Positions 18,871-29,018 of a DNA stretch of 64,000 nt are shown here, piece by piece (the first letter of the stretch is position 1; each line of letters begins with the position of its first letter). The notes beneath the pieces are model-generated. The model did no database searches and had not been told where the DNA came from. It saw only the letters and a program-made list of their open reading frames with translations. This DNA is from an uncultured Gammaproteobacteria bacterium (GTDB lineage: Bacteria; Patescibacteriota; Microgenomatia; Levybacterales; UBA12049). The stretch lies in contig CAYRJZ010000001.1 in the NCBI GenBank assembly GCA_964424775.1, positions 140,748 through 204,747 of the forward strand, read 5' to 3'. Position numbers and translations under genes: made by a program.

Positions 18871-19772
18871 ACTTTTTGGGAGAGAATTGCAATTCTCTCC
18901 GCTGCTGCGTTTGGATCATTGCTTTCGGATAAGACGATGAGAAGATAATCCCCTTTCTTTGTAAAAACAATTCCTGCATCATGTTTTACTCCGTTCAGTT
19001 CTCCTGTTTTATGTGCAACCTGAAGTGAGTTTGGGAGGTATTTAGGAATACGATCATTGAGTCTTTGTTTTTTTAATAATTCTTTCATTTCTTTCGATGC
19101 ATTTTCTGAGATAAGTTTATTCGAGTAGAGCAATTCAAAGTAAAGCGCAATATCTTTTGCAGTGGTTTGAGGTAAAGTAGTTGATGTTCCAATTGAAGAC
19201 TGAGTAAGGCCATACTCTTTGAGAAATTGCGCCATTTTGGAAACACCAATTTTGCTTGATAAGAGAAGTGCAGAATAATTGTCTGAAATCGTGATCATTT
19301 TTTCAGCTGCATCTTCAACGCTCAGTTCAATTCTTCCTTCAGTTTGTTCAGCAGATTCTGAAGCGATATCATATTTTTCATTCAGTGCAGAGATATCTGC
19401 ACTGAGTATTGTTTCTTTTTTAAGAGTTTTTGATTCAAGTTGATCATAGACAACTGCAAGAAGCCATAGTTTGTAGAGACTGGCTGAAATATATTTTCGT
19501 TCAGGATTTTGAGAGAATGTCTCATTTGTTTTCATATTTTTTACCACAACACTATATGTTCCTTTTGTTCCAATTAAAGCATCTTCTATTCCTTTCTCAA
19601 GTTTTCTATTTTGGATAGAAAGGACTTCAACTGTTGGATTTGATGTTTGAATCACTGGAGATATGAGGGATTTAGTTTTTTCTTTAGTGAGAAGTAGGAG
19701 AAGAAAGAAAGACAAAAACATAAGACTAAGAAAAACTGAAGTAAAAAAGAAAAAGGCTTTAAGTATCTTCAT
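18852..19772 (-). CDS. Class A beta-lactamase-like / PBP-fold serine hydrolase with an N-terminal membrane anchor
   Basis: SLYK (S-x-x-K), SDN and KTG motifs are present in order. There is an N-terminal hydrophobic segment. Confidence 0.55.
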   Translation of the reverse strand: MKILKAFFFFTSVFLSLMFLSFFLLLLLTKEKTKSLISPVIQTSNPTVEVLSIQNRKLEKGIEDALIGTKGTYSVVVKNMKTNETFSQNPERKYISASLYKLWLLAVVYDQLESKTLKKETILSADISALNEKYDIASESAEQTEGRIELSVEDAAEKMITISDNYSALLLSSKIGVSKMAQFLKEYGLTQSSIGTSTTLPQTTAKDIALYFELLYSNKLISENASKEMKELLKKQRLNDRIPKYLPNSLQVAHKTGELNGVKHDAGIVFTKKGDYLLIVLSESNDPNAAAERIAILSQKVYEAFN

Positions 19773-19830
19773 TGGATTTTATAGTACTGCTTCTGTGTTA
19801 ATGACGCAATCTGCATCTTCATACTGTATA

Positions 19831-20799
19831 ATGCGAAATATGTTAATTGATGAAGTTGCAATTACAGTAAAAGCCGGAAATGGTGGTGACGGCGCTGTTT
19901 CTTTCCGTAAAAATGAAGGGAATCCTCGAGGTGGTCCTGATGGGGGAAATGGAGGGAATGGTGGAGATGTTTATCTCATTGGAACTGATGATCTCTCCGC
20001 ACTCTCACAATTTCAATTTAAAAAATATATTAAAGCTGATGATGGAATAAAAGGGAAAGGAAAGACGCTTTTTGGAAAAAATGCAGAAGATTTGTATCTT
20101 AAAGTTCCGATCGGCACGCAAGTGATGATCAATGAAAAAAAAGTTTGGGAGGTATTAGATACGACCACACCATTTCTTTTAGCAAGGGGAGGAAAGGGAG
20201 GACGCGGAAATAATGAATTTAAGTCTGCCACCAATCAAGCACCGCGGCATTTTGAAAAGGGTGAAGAAGGACAGGAAAAAACTCTCTTATTAATTCTTAA
20301 GCTTATTGCACGAATTGGACTTATTGGTTTGCCAAATGCTGGTAAAAGCACACTCCTCTCAGTACTCACAAACGCTCAGCCAAAAATTGGAAATTATGCC
20401 TTTACGACTCTCGAGCCAAATATAGGAATGATGGGGAAGGTAATGATTGCGGATATACCGGGCCTAATTGAAGGAGCAAGTTCGGGGAAAGGACTTGGGA
20501 CTAAATTCCTTAAACATATTGAGAAAACAGAGATGCTTGTTCACTGTATCGATATCTCACAAGATGATATCTTATCTGCATATAAGACAATTCGAGAAGA
20601 ATTAGGAAAATTTGATGCAGCTCTTCTTGAAAAAAAGGAAATTGTTCTTCTCACAAAGACAGATTTAGTTTCTGAAGAAATAGCTCAGAAAAAAATGATT
20701 TCTCTTAAGAAGAAGGTGCAAAAGGAAATTTTTTCACTGAGTTTTTTTGATAGTGATGCAATTAAAAAATTTACTCAGTTTTTAGAAGAGAAATTTTAG
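19831..20799 (+). CDS. obg: GTPase Obg, short form
   Basis: Obg N-terminal glycine-rich fold (VKAGNGGDGAVSFRKNEGNPRGGPDGGNGGNGGDV) and a G-domain (GLIGLPNAGKSTLL, DIPGLIEGA). The start is taken as the ATG at 19831 because the track start overlaps the convergent gene. Confidence 0.85.
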   Translation: MRNMLIDEVAITVKAGNGGDGAVSFRKNEGNPRGGPDGGNGGNGGDVYLIGTDDLSALSQFQFKKYIKADDGIKGKGKTLFGKNAEDLYLKVPIGTQVMINEKKVWEVLDTTTPFLLARGGKGGRGNNEFKSATNQAPRHFEKGEEGQEKTLLLILKLIARIGLIGLPNAGKSTLLSVLTNAQPKIGNYAFTTLEPNIGMMGKVMIADIPGLIEGASSGKGLGTKFLKHIEKTEMLVHCIDISQDDILSAYKTIREELGKFDAALLEKKEIVLLTKTDLVSEEIAQKKMISLKKKVQKEIFSLSFFDSDAIKKFTQFLEEKF

Positions 20800-21047
20800 T
20801 TCTTGTCAGTTGTTTGTGCCTGACCTTCTGTCATTGCAAGTAATTTTCCAAGCTCCCCTGCGAATTTTTTTGCATGATTCCTACTCATACCAATTCGGGA
20901 TACGATGCGAACTTGATCTGTCCCAATTATCTTTTGTCCAATTTCTAGAGTTAATCCGTCTTCATTTGTAGTCATAAACACACTATCCGTATAAAGAATA
21001 GGAGTAGTGTCAACATTGACATTTATCGCGATTTTCTTCTTATCCAT
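20796..21047 (-). CDS. DUF3467-like small protein
   Basis: About 83 aa from MDKKKIAINVNVDTTPILYTDSVFMTTNEDGLTLEIGQ, consistent with the DUF3467 family. The start was trimmed to avoid overlap with the upstream gene. Confidence 0.4.
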   Translation of the reverse strand: MDKKKIAINVNVDTTPILYTDSVFMTTNEDGLTLEIGQKIIGTDQVRIVSRIGMSRNHAKKFAGELGKLLAMTEGQAQTTDKN

Positions 21048-21060
21048 GTGCGTCACCTCC

Positions 21061-22824
21061 TTACCAGCTCCCACCACCGCCACCGCCACCGCCACCACCT
21101 GCTGAACCTCCTCCAGAGGAACCACTTGATGATGGTGCGCTTGCCATTGCAGAAGACATGGTTGCTGAAAAAGTATTCATGCTTGTTGCAAAGGTAGAGG
21201 AGTGTAAAGAAGAACCATAAAACCAGGTTGAATGAGACGGAATTTGTCCCATCTCTTTCATTGCTTTTGCATATTTTTCAGTTACCCCAAATACGATAGC
21301 ATAGGGGAGGAGTTCACTGAATATATCTTTTTTTTCATAAAATTGTTGTCGATACTTCTCTGCCCCTGAGAGAAAGAGTTTAAATCCTCGTGCTCTTCTA
21401 TAAAGATCCCTGCCTTTTGCGGTGCGCCTTGGCATGTTAGGTGCAAAGAGTAAGAGGGCAATTCCAATGAGAGATATTCCTACTCCAATAGCGAAAAAAT
21501 ATTCATTCTCAAGTGTAAGTCCTGGAAAGAAAATACAGAGTCCACCAATAACAATAATTATGACAGCAGTAATGAGATAGTTATTTCTTACTGATTCAGG
21601 ATTGTCCAAAAAGAGTTCTTTCCTCACAATTTCTGTGTATACCATGTTTTTTATTATTTTTAAGTCGTCATAGAAGGTTTGTTTGATAGTTGAGAGAATA
21701 ACTTTATCAGTACCTGAAAAGAGCCTTATGATAAGCTCTCTTTCAAAAGGGAGTAATGATGAGACATCTTTTTTTGATTTTAAAAGTTCATAGTCTTTTG
21801 AACCAAAGAGCCATTTTTTGGGAATCTCAGTAATACGTAAATATCCTCGTCTCGCGAGATCAACAAGTGTAGCTGTAATATCAAGAGTATCAGTTCTTTC
21901 ATCCATGATAACTCCTATCTCGGCAGGAGTTAATTTGTCAGGTGAACCAAACTCTACAACAATATTTTCATTTACTCCAATTGGTTTGATTTTTCCAGAA
22001 GTGTCTCTATCAAGAAGTGGAAGGTTATTGTTCCAATAATCACGCCCTGATTTATACCATGTTAGAAAAATCCCTCCAATACCAAGAAATGAAATGAGTC
22101 CTCCTATATACCAAATATGTGGATTCATGAGTTTTTCTCCGAATGTTTTTGGTCTCTCTACCTGTAAAATTGGAAAGGTGCCTTTTGGAAAACTGAGAGC
22201 AACTGTCATTCCTTCACCTGGCTGGAGAGTATCTGTTGTGAAGAGAGCTTGCGTATTAGACTTTATATCTTCACTACAGGTATCTGTTGAACCTCTCACC
22301 CCTCTATAACATGCATGAGAGAGTATCTGCCCTTGAGAGAGAATTACCTCAGCGGTGGTTTTGTCAATTGGTACCTCCCATTCATCTCCTGTAATATTCC
22401 AGTAGAGTTCATCAAATTCCGGATAGGTATCTAGTATTCCTGTAGCAATATACGTCAACGTGTATTTCTGTTGGTGAGATATTGTTTTATCTGGATCACC
22501 TATGCGTATTCGAATATTTGCATTATTTTGTATTACCTCATATTTTTCCTTTCTATCATTTCGGAGAACTTGAATCACCTCAAGTGATGTATATCTATTT
22601 TCCCCATTATTTTTTTTATAGACATAAGGAACATCCCGGTAAATTCCATGTTTGTCTAGATCTTGAAAATCAACGAGAATTTCTTCCCGGATTGTTACTG
22701 TTCCATCTTGATTGATTGTTACTTTACTTATAAAAGAGTTGATAATCCAGTTTTCTTGAGCAGATGAGAGTGGAGGAATAAAAAGGAATACAAAGAATAA
22801 AATACTGATAAAAAGTCGTTTCAC
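21061..22824 (-). CDS. DUF2207-type membrane protein with a C-terminal poly-glycine tail
   Basis: Signal peptide, a large extracytoplasmic domain, about 3 TM helices, and a C-terminal SSGSSGGGSAGGGGGGGGGGSW. This architecture is typical of DUF2207. Confidence 0.55.
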   Translation of the reverse strand: MKRLFISILFFVFLFIPPLSSAQENWIINSFISKVTINQDGTVTIREEILVDFQDLDKHGIYRDVPYVYKKNNGENRYTSLEVIQVLRNDRKEKYEVIQNNANIRIRIGDPDKTISHQQKYTLTYIATGILDTYPEFDELYWNITGDEWEVPIDKTTAEVILSQGQILSHACYRGVRGSTDTCSEDIKSNTQALFTTDTLQPGEGMTVALSFPKGTFPILQVERPKTFGEKLMNPHIWYIGGLISFLGIGGIFLTWYKSGRDYWNNNLPLLDRDTSGKIKPIGVNENIVVEFGSPDKLTPAEIGVIMDERTDTLDITATLVDLARRGYLRITEIPKKWLFGSKDYELLKSKKDVSSLLPFERELIIRLFSGTDKVILSTIKQTFYDDLKIIKNMVYTEIVRKELFLDNPESVRNNYLITAVIIIVIGGLCIFFPGLTLENEYFFAIGVGISLIGIALLLFAPNMPRRTAKGRDLYRRARGFKLFLSGAEKYRQQFYEKKDIFSELLPYAIVFGVTEKYAKAMKEMGQIPSHSTWFYGSSLHSSTFATSMNTFSATMSSAMASAPSSSGSSGGGSAGGGGGGGGGGSW

Positions 22825-22910
22825 ATCCGTAGTATATCACTCATACTAATAGAATTCAGAATTACCTTCATGAGTATGATTTTAGCCTCAGCAATGGTAT
22901 ACTATTATAT

Positions 22911-24680
22911 ATGCAAAATATAATAAGGATAATTAAAATTTCGAGGCCATTACATCATTTGGTCTTTATACTTGCTGCTCTTATTCTTTTTTCTGCTCTC
23001 CTCAATCTTGCAGCGCCACTTCTTTCAAAATTCATTGTTGATGAAATTGTAAATCGTGTTCAAGGACAAGGTGGTGATCTTGGGAGACTTCTTTTCTTAA
23101 TTATTCTTGCATTTGTTATGAATTTTATAGGGCTTGGCACAACAACAATTAGTGAGAGGATTGGAGATCATTTTGCTGGACGATTAAGAAAGTTCTTAAC
23201 AGAGAAGTTCTATGATAAAGCGCTCACTCTCCCTCAAGCATATTATGACTCTGAAATGTCTGGGAAAATTCTTAACCAATTAAATAGAGGAATAACAACA
23301 ATTCAAGGTTTTCTAAACACATCTACCAATTTTATACTTCCAACATTTTTACAAAGTATATTTACTGTTGCAATTCTTGCCTACTATAATTTGCCAATTG
23401 CATTCTTCACTTTTATTCTTTTCCCAATTTACTTACTTCTTAGTTATTACTCAACAGTTCAGTGGGGTAAAGAAGAAGTACTAAAAAATGCAATTGAGGA
23501 TAAGACTCGGGGACGAATGCAGGAGGTAATTAGTAATATAAGTTTGGTTAAAAGTTTTACAACTGAGAAAAAAGAATTCAAAATAATTGCAGATAACTTA
23601 ACTGAGATTAATAAGATTTATGCAAGACAAAGTAAAACATTTCATATTTATGACTTTTTCAGAGGACTATCTCTACAGATAATATTATTTGCAATTAATA
23701 TCCTAGTTTTTTACAACACATTTCAACGAAATCTGACGATTGGAGAAATGGTGTTAATTCTTCAGTTAGTAAACCAAGCGAGACTTCCACTTTTTGCTAT
23801 GTCCTTTATTTTGACACAGATACAGATGGCAGAAGCGGGATCAAAAGAATATTTTGAGGTCCTTAATGAAAAGTCAGTTGAGGATTATGAAAAGAAAGTT
23901 TCATTAACTCTTATTAAAGATCCTACGATCTCATTTGATAATGTCTCCTTTAAATATGAAGAATCAAATACAGTTCTAAATTCTGTCTCTTTTAATATTA
24001 AGAAAAATGAAGCAATAGCTCTCGTAGGGCATAGTGGAGCAGGTAAATCAACAATTATAAATCTTATTCTTAAATTTTATGAACCAACTTCTGGAAAAAT
24101 ATTTCTTCGAGATAAAGAGTACTCAACACTTGATCATAAAATGGTGAGACAAAATATTTCACTTGTTTTTCAAGATAACGAGCTTTTCTCCTCGACTATT
24201 CGTGAGAATGTAGCATACGGAAAATCGGATTCTTCAGAAAAAGAAATTGTGAATGCTCTTAAATTGGCTAATGCATATGATTTTGTAATGAAACTTCCCA
24301 ATAAATTAGATAGTGAAGTTGGAGAACGTGGCGTGAGACTATCAGGGGGACAAAAACAGCGTATACAGATTGCGAGAGCAATACTGAAAAATGCTCCTAT
24401 ATTAATTCTTGATGAAGCAACATCCTCACTTGATGCAAAGTCAGAAAAAGACGTTCAGGACGCCTTAGAGAATTTGATGAAGAACAAATTAGTTATTATT
24501 ATTGCCCACCGTTTTTCAACAATTCAAAATGTAGATAAAATAATTGTGCTTGACCAGGGGACTATTGTGGATATGGGTACTCCTCAAGAGTTAGCAGAGA
24601 GGCCTGGAATTTATAAAGATCTTCTCACTTATCAAGTTGAAGGAAATAAAAAGCTTCTTGAAAAGTATGAAATTTATTAA
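22911..24680 (+). CDS. ABC exporter with fused permease and ATPase (MsbA/MdlB-like)
   Basis: Six-TM N-terminal domain, then Walker A GHSGAGKST, signature LSGGQKQR and Walker B ILILDEATS. Confidence 0.85.
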   Translation: MQNIIRIIKISRPLHHLVFILAALILFSALLNLAAPLLSKFIVDEIVNRVQGQGGDLGRLLFLIILAFVMNFIGLGTTTISERIGDHFAGRLRKFLTEKFYDKALTLPQAYYDSEMSGKILNQLNRGITTIQGFLNTSTNFILPTFLQSIFTVAILAYYNLPIAFFTFILFPIYLLLSYYSTVQWGKEEVLKNAIEDKTRGRMQEVISNISLVKSFTTEKKEFKIIADNLTEINKIYARQSKTFHIYDFFRGLSLQIILFAINILVFYNTFQRNLTIGEMVLILQLVNQARLPLFAMSFILTQIQMAEAGSKEYFEVLNEKSVEDYEKKVSLTLIKDPTISFDNVSFKYEESNTVLNSVSFNIKKNEAIALVGHSGAGKSTIINLILKFYEPTSGKIFLRDKEYSTLDHKMVRQNISLVFQDNELFSSTIRENVAYGKSDSSEKEIVNALKLANAYDFVMKLPNKLDSEVGERGVRLSGGQKQRIQIARAILKNAPILILDEATSSLDAKSEKDVQDALENLMKNKLVIIIAHRFSTIQNVDKIIVLDQGTIVDMGTPQELAERPGIYKDLLTYQVEGNKKLLEKYEIY

Positions 24681-24723
24681 CTTCTTGACGGGATAAGAAT
24701 AATAAAGTAGGATAAAAACTCAC

Positions 24724-25275
24724 ATGGAAGAAAATCTACAACAAGAATCATGTCCAAAATGTGGACAACCTCTCGCTCCTATTACAACAACAGCGACTGG
24801 TCGTAAACTCCAACGATGCTCTGCTTCCTCTTGGGACCCATCAACTCGTACAACTACTGGATGTGATTATGTAAAATGGTTGCAGGTAGAGCCAGAAACA
24901 CTTGATGAAAAATGTCCGAAATGTGGATCTCCTCTCATACTCTCAGTTACTCGTTTTGGAAAAAAGATGAAGAAGTGTTCAACGGGTGGTTGGGACAAGA
25001 ATGAACGGAAAGCAACGGGTTGCGATTATGTAGAGTGGATAAATGGAACTACAGAGCAGCTTGATGAGAAATGTCCGGAGTGTGGAGAAAAATTAGTTCT
25101 CTTTACAACATCTGCTGGTAAGAAAATGAAGAAATGTAGTACAGCTGGATGGGATAGAGAGGCACGGAAGGCAACGGGTTGCCCTTATGTCTACTGGTTA
25201 AAACCTTCTGAATATCCAAAAAAAGATGATGAGTTAAATGGTGAAGAATTCCTTCCCCCTGAGCCTGAGGAGTAG
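24724..25275 (+). CDS. Protein made of three to four tandem C4 zinc ribbons of the topoisomerase-I type
   Basis: Three repeats of about 57 aa: CPKCG-x18-C-x14-GC(D/P)YV-W(L/I). These resemble the Zn-ribbon DNA-binding repeats of Topo IA C-termini. The repeats are also visible at the nucleotide level. Confidence 0.55.
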   Translation: MEENLQQESCPKCGQPLAPITTTATGRKLQRCSASSWDPSTRTTTGCDYVKWLQVEPETLDEKCPKCGSPLILSVTRFGKKMKKCSTGGWDKNERKATGCDYVEWINGTTEQLDEKCPECGEKLVLFTTSAGKKMKKCSTAGWDREARKATGCPYVYWLKPSEYPKKDDELNGEEFLPPEPEE

Positions 25276-25277
25276 AG

Positions 25278-25565
25278 ATGACAAAATATAAAAAAGCAGT
25301 TTCAGAAATGCTTGAATACAATCACGATCTTTTTGTAGAGTTTAAAAAAATCCATGATAAATTTGTAGATGACCCAGATAGTGTAAAAGAAGAATTCAAT
25401 CGTGAAGGGGAGAAGGTATTAAGAATAATGCGAAGGTATGAAAATCAACTCTGTGGTAAATCTGAAAGCGGAATGTTTAGTAAGTACTCAACTAATCTTT
25501 CTGAGAAATTCTGGGACGAGATTAGAGTCCACTTTCCAAAGATTGATCATGTAGGAATGCAATAG
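25278..25565 (+). CDS. Hypothetical protein, 95 aa
   Basis: ORF immediately downstream of the zinc-ribbon protein, with a 2-nt spacing. Confidence 0.4.
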   Translation: MTKYKKAVSEMLEYNHDLFVEFKKIHDKFVDDPDSVKEEFNREGEKVLRIMRRYENQLCGKSESGMFSKYSTNLSEKFWDEIRVHFPKIDHVGMQ

Positions 25566-26000
25566 TTATCTCTTTAAAAGATTATTCATCTCTATTTCTT
25601 CTATTATTTCTTGAAGAAAATCTGAAACCTTTCCTTCTATTTCATGAATATTTTTTATCCATTGATAAGAAGAATGTTCTTCGCTAAGTAGTATATCTTG
25701 ATTACTGTCATCTAATTCGCAAAGATATGCTAGCCTAATTACTTGAAGATTCGAATCTTTTGTAGAGTAGACATATGAGGATGCAAGAGGATACTTTACA
25801 GTAACGTCGAGTCCAGTCTCTTCTTTAATCTCTCTCTTCATTCCCTCTTTTGGATGCTCCCCATGATCTATTGCACCGCCTGGAAGCTCCCAAGTATTAG
25901 GATGCGAGTCATGTGCTGCGCGTCGAACAACTAGAAATTTACCGTGTTCATTTAATATAAGTCCCGAAGTTGCTACCCATTGTTGTTTTTCATTTAGCAT
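25566..26000 (-). CDS. NUDIX hydrolase
   Basis: Nudix box GGAIDHGEHPKEGMKREIKEETGL. Confidence 0.7.
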   Translation of the reverse strand: MLNEKQQWVATSGLILNEHGKFLVVRRAAHDSHPNTWELPGGAIDHGEHPKEGMKREIKEETGLDVTVKYPLASSYVYSTKDSNLQVIRLAYLCELDDSNQDILLSEEHSSYQWIKNIHEIEGKVSDFLQEIIEEIEMNNLLKR

Positions 26001-26085
26001 AAGGCATTATTATACTCGTTTAGTATAGTTTTTGAAAAGGATCTGGAACTAGCAAAGGTGATAAATTACTGATAAAATAATTGTT

Positions 26086-27273
26086 GTGTTTAAAAATAAT
26101 AGAAGTCTTCTCATAATCGCGCTCATTGCAATAATCAATTCGTTAGGCTACGGAATAATTATTCCAATTTTGTATTCATACTCCTTGCGATTTGGATTGT
26201 CAGATTTTGAAAATGGAATGCTTTTTGCTATATTCTCCATTTTTCAGTTTGCATCAACTCCATTTATCGGTCGACTCTCAGATAAATACGGTCGACGACC
26301 ACTCCTCGTGATCTCTCTCTTTGGCACTGCGGTTTCATTCTTTATGGCTGCTTTTGCTCCCAGCGCATTATTTCTTTTTATTGCTCGAGCTCTTGATGGA
26401 CTCACAGCCGGAAATATTCCAGTTGCATCAGCTGTGATATCAGATACAACTTCTGATAAAGATAGAGCAAAAGGATTTGGAATAATCGGTGCTGCATTTG
26501 GTTTTGGATTTGTCTTTGGTCCAGCCATTTCTGCGTTGACTCTTCAGTTTGGCGAAAATGTTCCTTTTATTATTGCAGGGATTATTTCATTGATTACTGT
26601 TGTCGTGACTGCACTGTTTCTTCCTGAAACAAATAAGAATAGAGTTGAACATGTTGATTTAAAAAACGTATTTGACTTTAAAAAATTAGCAATGGCGATT
26701 GCAGAGCCGGCAACGGGAATGACATTACTTCTGTCTCTCATTTACAACACTGCATTTGGACTTTTTATTTTTGCGTTCCAACCGTTTGCTGTAAAAGTGT
26801 TGGAGTTATCAGCGAATACTATTTCAGTTATTTATACAATTTATGGGGTAGTAGGACTTGTTTCACAAGGAGTTATTATTCCATACGTTGTTAAAAGATT
26901 TGGTGAAAAGAATGGATTATTACTTTGTTTCGGCTTGGGTGCTGTAACATTTATTGGCATGTATTTATCTCGAGATATTATTTCTTTTGTTATTATCTCT
27001 ATACTCTTTGGTATTGCAAATTCATTTTTCCTTCCTCTTGTTCAGGCATTGCTCTCAAAAGAAGTAGATGCCAAATCTCAGGGTACAATTCTTGGTATCA
27101 ATTCTTCGTATATTAGTCTAGGAACTATACTTGGCCCAATCATAGGAGGACTTATTGCAACATATGGTATCCCTCTCCCATTTGTTTTTGGAGCTATACT
27201 TGCTGGTGTGTGTTTCGTCCTTGCTTATACCAAAATCAAAAAGACATACCATCATGAAGAATCACTCGCTTAA
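26086..27273 (+). CDS. MFS transporter
   Basis: About 12 TM helices and the MFS motif GRLSDKYGRRP between TM2 and TM3. Confidence 0.75.
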   Translation: MFKNNRSLLIIALIAIINSLGYGIIIPILYSYSLRFGLSDFENGMLFAIFSIFQFASTPFIGRLSDKYGRRPLLVISLFGTAVSFFMAAFAPSALFLFIARALDGLTAGNIPVASAVISDTTSDKDRAKGFGIIGAAFGFGFVFGPAISALTLQFGENVPFIIAGIISLITVVVTALFLPETNKNRVEHVDLKNVFDFKKLAMAIAEPATGMTLLLSLIYNTAFGLFIFAFQPFAVKVLELSANTISVIYTIYGVVGLVSQGVIIPYVVKRFGEKNGLLLCFGLGAVTFIGMYLSRDIISFVIISILFGIANSFFLPLVQALLSKEVDAKSQGTILGINSSYISLGTILGPIIGGLIATYGIPLPFVFGAILAGVCFVLAYTKIKKTYHHEESLA

Positions 27274-27773
27274 AGTGAAGTATAGGCATCTCTCACTGCA
27301 ATATTTACTGTTTCAAACTCTCCAAAATCCGGATTTTTCTTTTCAAGGATTTCGATAAGCACTTTTTCTTGATCCATAATAAGTGGGAGCCACTTCTCTT
27401 CGTATTCCAAAGTCTCATTATAGGGAATAGTATCAAGAGTAAACCACTGTGGCTTTCTTCCTGGAGTTGCTTTTATTTCTCCTTGCCATTTTTCACAGAG
27501 AAAAATAAAGAGGGTCTCATCTGCTATTATTTCATTCTTTTCATTCTCAGAAACTCTGTGAAGGACGCCGACTTTTTCCAAATCATGTGTATAAACAGTA
27601 ATTCGAAGATCATCATATAAATACTGTACTGTTTCGAGTTCAAGTCTTTTCTCTGATGTAACTTCCCCACCTATACCGGTAAATTTTCTTATACGTGATG
27701 AGTAGACAGTTTCAGCAAGAAGAATTTCATCATTGTCTTTGAGAAAACAAACAGTCCGAATATTTTTTTGCAT
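27270..27773 (-). CDS. Nudix-fold protein, MTH1/NUDT1-like
   Basis: Degenerate Nudix box (GGEVTSEKRLELETVQ). The C-terminal WFTLDTIPYNETLEYEEKW resembles the MTH1 WFQLDQIPFKDMWPDD region. Confidence 0.55.
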   Translation of the reverse strand: MQKNIRTVCFLKDNDEILLAETVYSSRIRKFTGIGGEVTSEKRLELETVQYLYDDLRITVYTHDLEKVGVLHRVSENEKNEIIADETLFIFLCEKWQGEIKATPGRKPQWFTLDTIPYNETLEYEEKWLPLIMDQEKVLIEILEKKNPDFGEFETVNIAVRDAYTSL

Positions 27774-27816
27774 GGTGTAATTATATCAAAAGAGTGAATA
27801 TTGGAATGGTGAAACC

Positions 27817-28947
27817 TTAATGATTTGTCAAAAAACTCTCTTTGCTGACAATAAATTTCTCAATATTCTCAAGGAGAGTATCAATACCTTTATTATTTTT
27901 AACTGAAATAAAATGAGGAGAGTATTCTTCATAGTTATCATGAATTTCTTCTTCAGATTTGTCATGGGCTTGGTCTATTTTATTGAAAACATAAAAACGT
28001 GGTTTGTTTTCAACTTTGAGTGCATAGAGTACTTTTTCAACGGTTTCAATTTTTCGCTCCATATCGGGGTCTGAGATATCAATAACATGTATGAGAAGAT
28101 CTGCATGAAGTGACTCAAGTAGGGTTGACTCAAAAGCCTCAATAAGGGTTGCAGGGAGATTTCGAATAAACCCAATGGTATCAGAAATAAGAATTTCTTT
28201 TTGAGTTTGGGGTAGAAATATTTTTCCGACACTGCTATCGAGCGTTGCAAAAAGTGCGTCTTGGACAAGTTTTTGTTTGCCTGTTAATAAATTAAAAAGC
28301 GAAGTCTTTCCAGCATTGGTATATCCAATAATTGAAACAGTTTTCATGCCTATTTTATTTCTTCTTTCGAGTTGCCTTTCCCTTTCTTCTCTTAATTTTT
28401 TTAATTTATCCTCTACTTTTTTCTTTTGGTTCCTCCAGTGTCTTTTCATAAGTTCCGTATTTGTTTCTCCAATTCCTCTCGTACCAATACCACCACTCTG
28501 TCGCGATAAAACAAAACCCATCCCATAAATTCGAGGTCCCATATGTTCCATGGCAGCTAGATCAATTTGAAGCCTTGCTTCTGTTGTCTCCGCATGTTGG
28601 GAAAAGATCTGGAGGATAAGTTGAACTCTATCCCATACTTCTACATCCGGATTGCCTTTTCTAAATTGATTTTTCATCTCAAAAAGATGGTTTGGTTTGA
28701 CAATTGCGTTAAGAATTACTGCGTCTGCTTCTGTCTCTTTTATTCTCTGAGAAATCTCTTGAACCTTTCCACTTCCCAGGTAATGTCCCTTACTGTGAAT
28801 CTCTCTTTTTTGTAAAATATAATCGACAACTTCACCACCATATGCGTCGATAAGTTCTTTTAACTCCTTTAAATCCTTAAATGCCTCTTCTTTTGTTAAG
28901 TGGGAAGGGAGAATGCTCGCAACAATAATTTTTTTTGGCTCATTCAT
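27817..28947 (-). CDS. hflX: GTPase HflX
   Basis: HflX N-terminal domain plus a G-domain with VSIIGYTNAGKTSLFNLLTG. Confidence 0.85.
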   Translation of the reverse strand: MNEPKKIIVASILPSHLTKEEAFKDLKELKELIDAYGGEVVDYILQKREIHSKGHYLGSGKVQEISQRIKETEADAVILNAIVKPNHLFEMKNQFRKGNPDVEVWDRVQLILQIFSQHAETTEARLQIDLAAMEHMGPRIYGMGFVLSRQSGGIGTRGIGETNTELMKRHWRNQKKKVEDKLKKLREERERQLERRNKIGMKTVSIIGYTNAGKTSLFNLLTGKQKLVQDALFATLDSSVGKIFLPQTQKEILISDTIGFIRNLPATLIEAFESTLLESLHADLLIHVIDISDPDMERKIETVEKVLYALKVENKPRFYVFNKIDQAHDKSEEEIHDNYEEYSPHFISVKNNKGIDTLLENIEKFIVSKESFLTNH

Positions 28948-29018
28948 ATGTCTCTGATTATAACTGAAGTTAATTGATTTGCTAGTATTTCCATATGAAA
29001 AATTGGGATTTCTTTGAT

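Noticed and set aside
22825-22910. Short imperfect hairpin (TCATAC...GTATGA) in the divergent intergenic region between the DUF2207 gene and the ABC exporter
   Set aside because: The stem is only about 6 bp and AT-rich. It is more likely promoter-region sequence than a discrete element.
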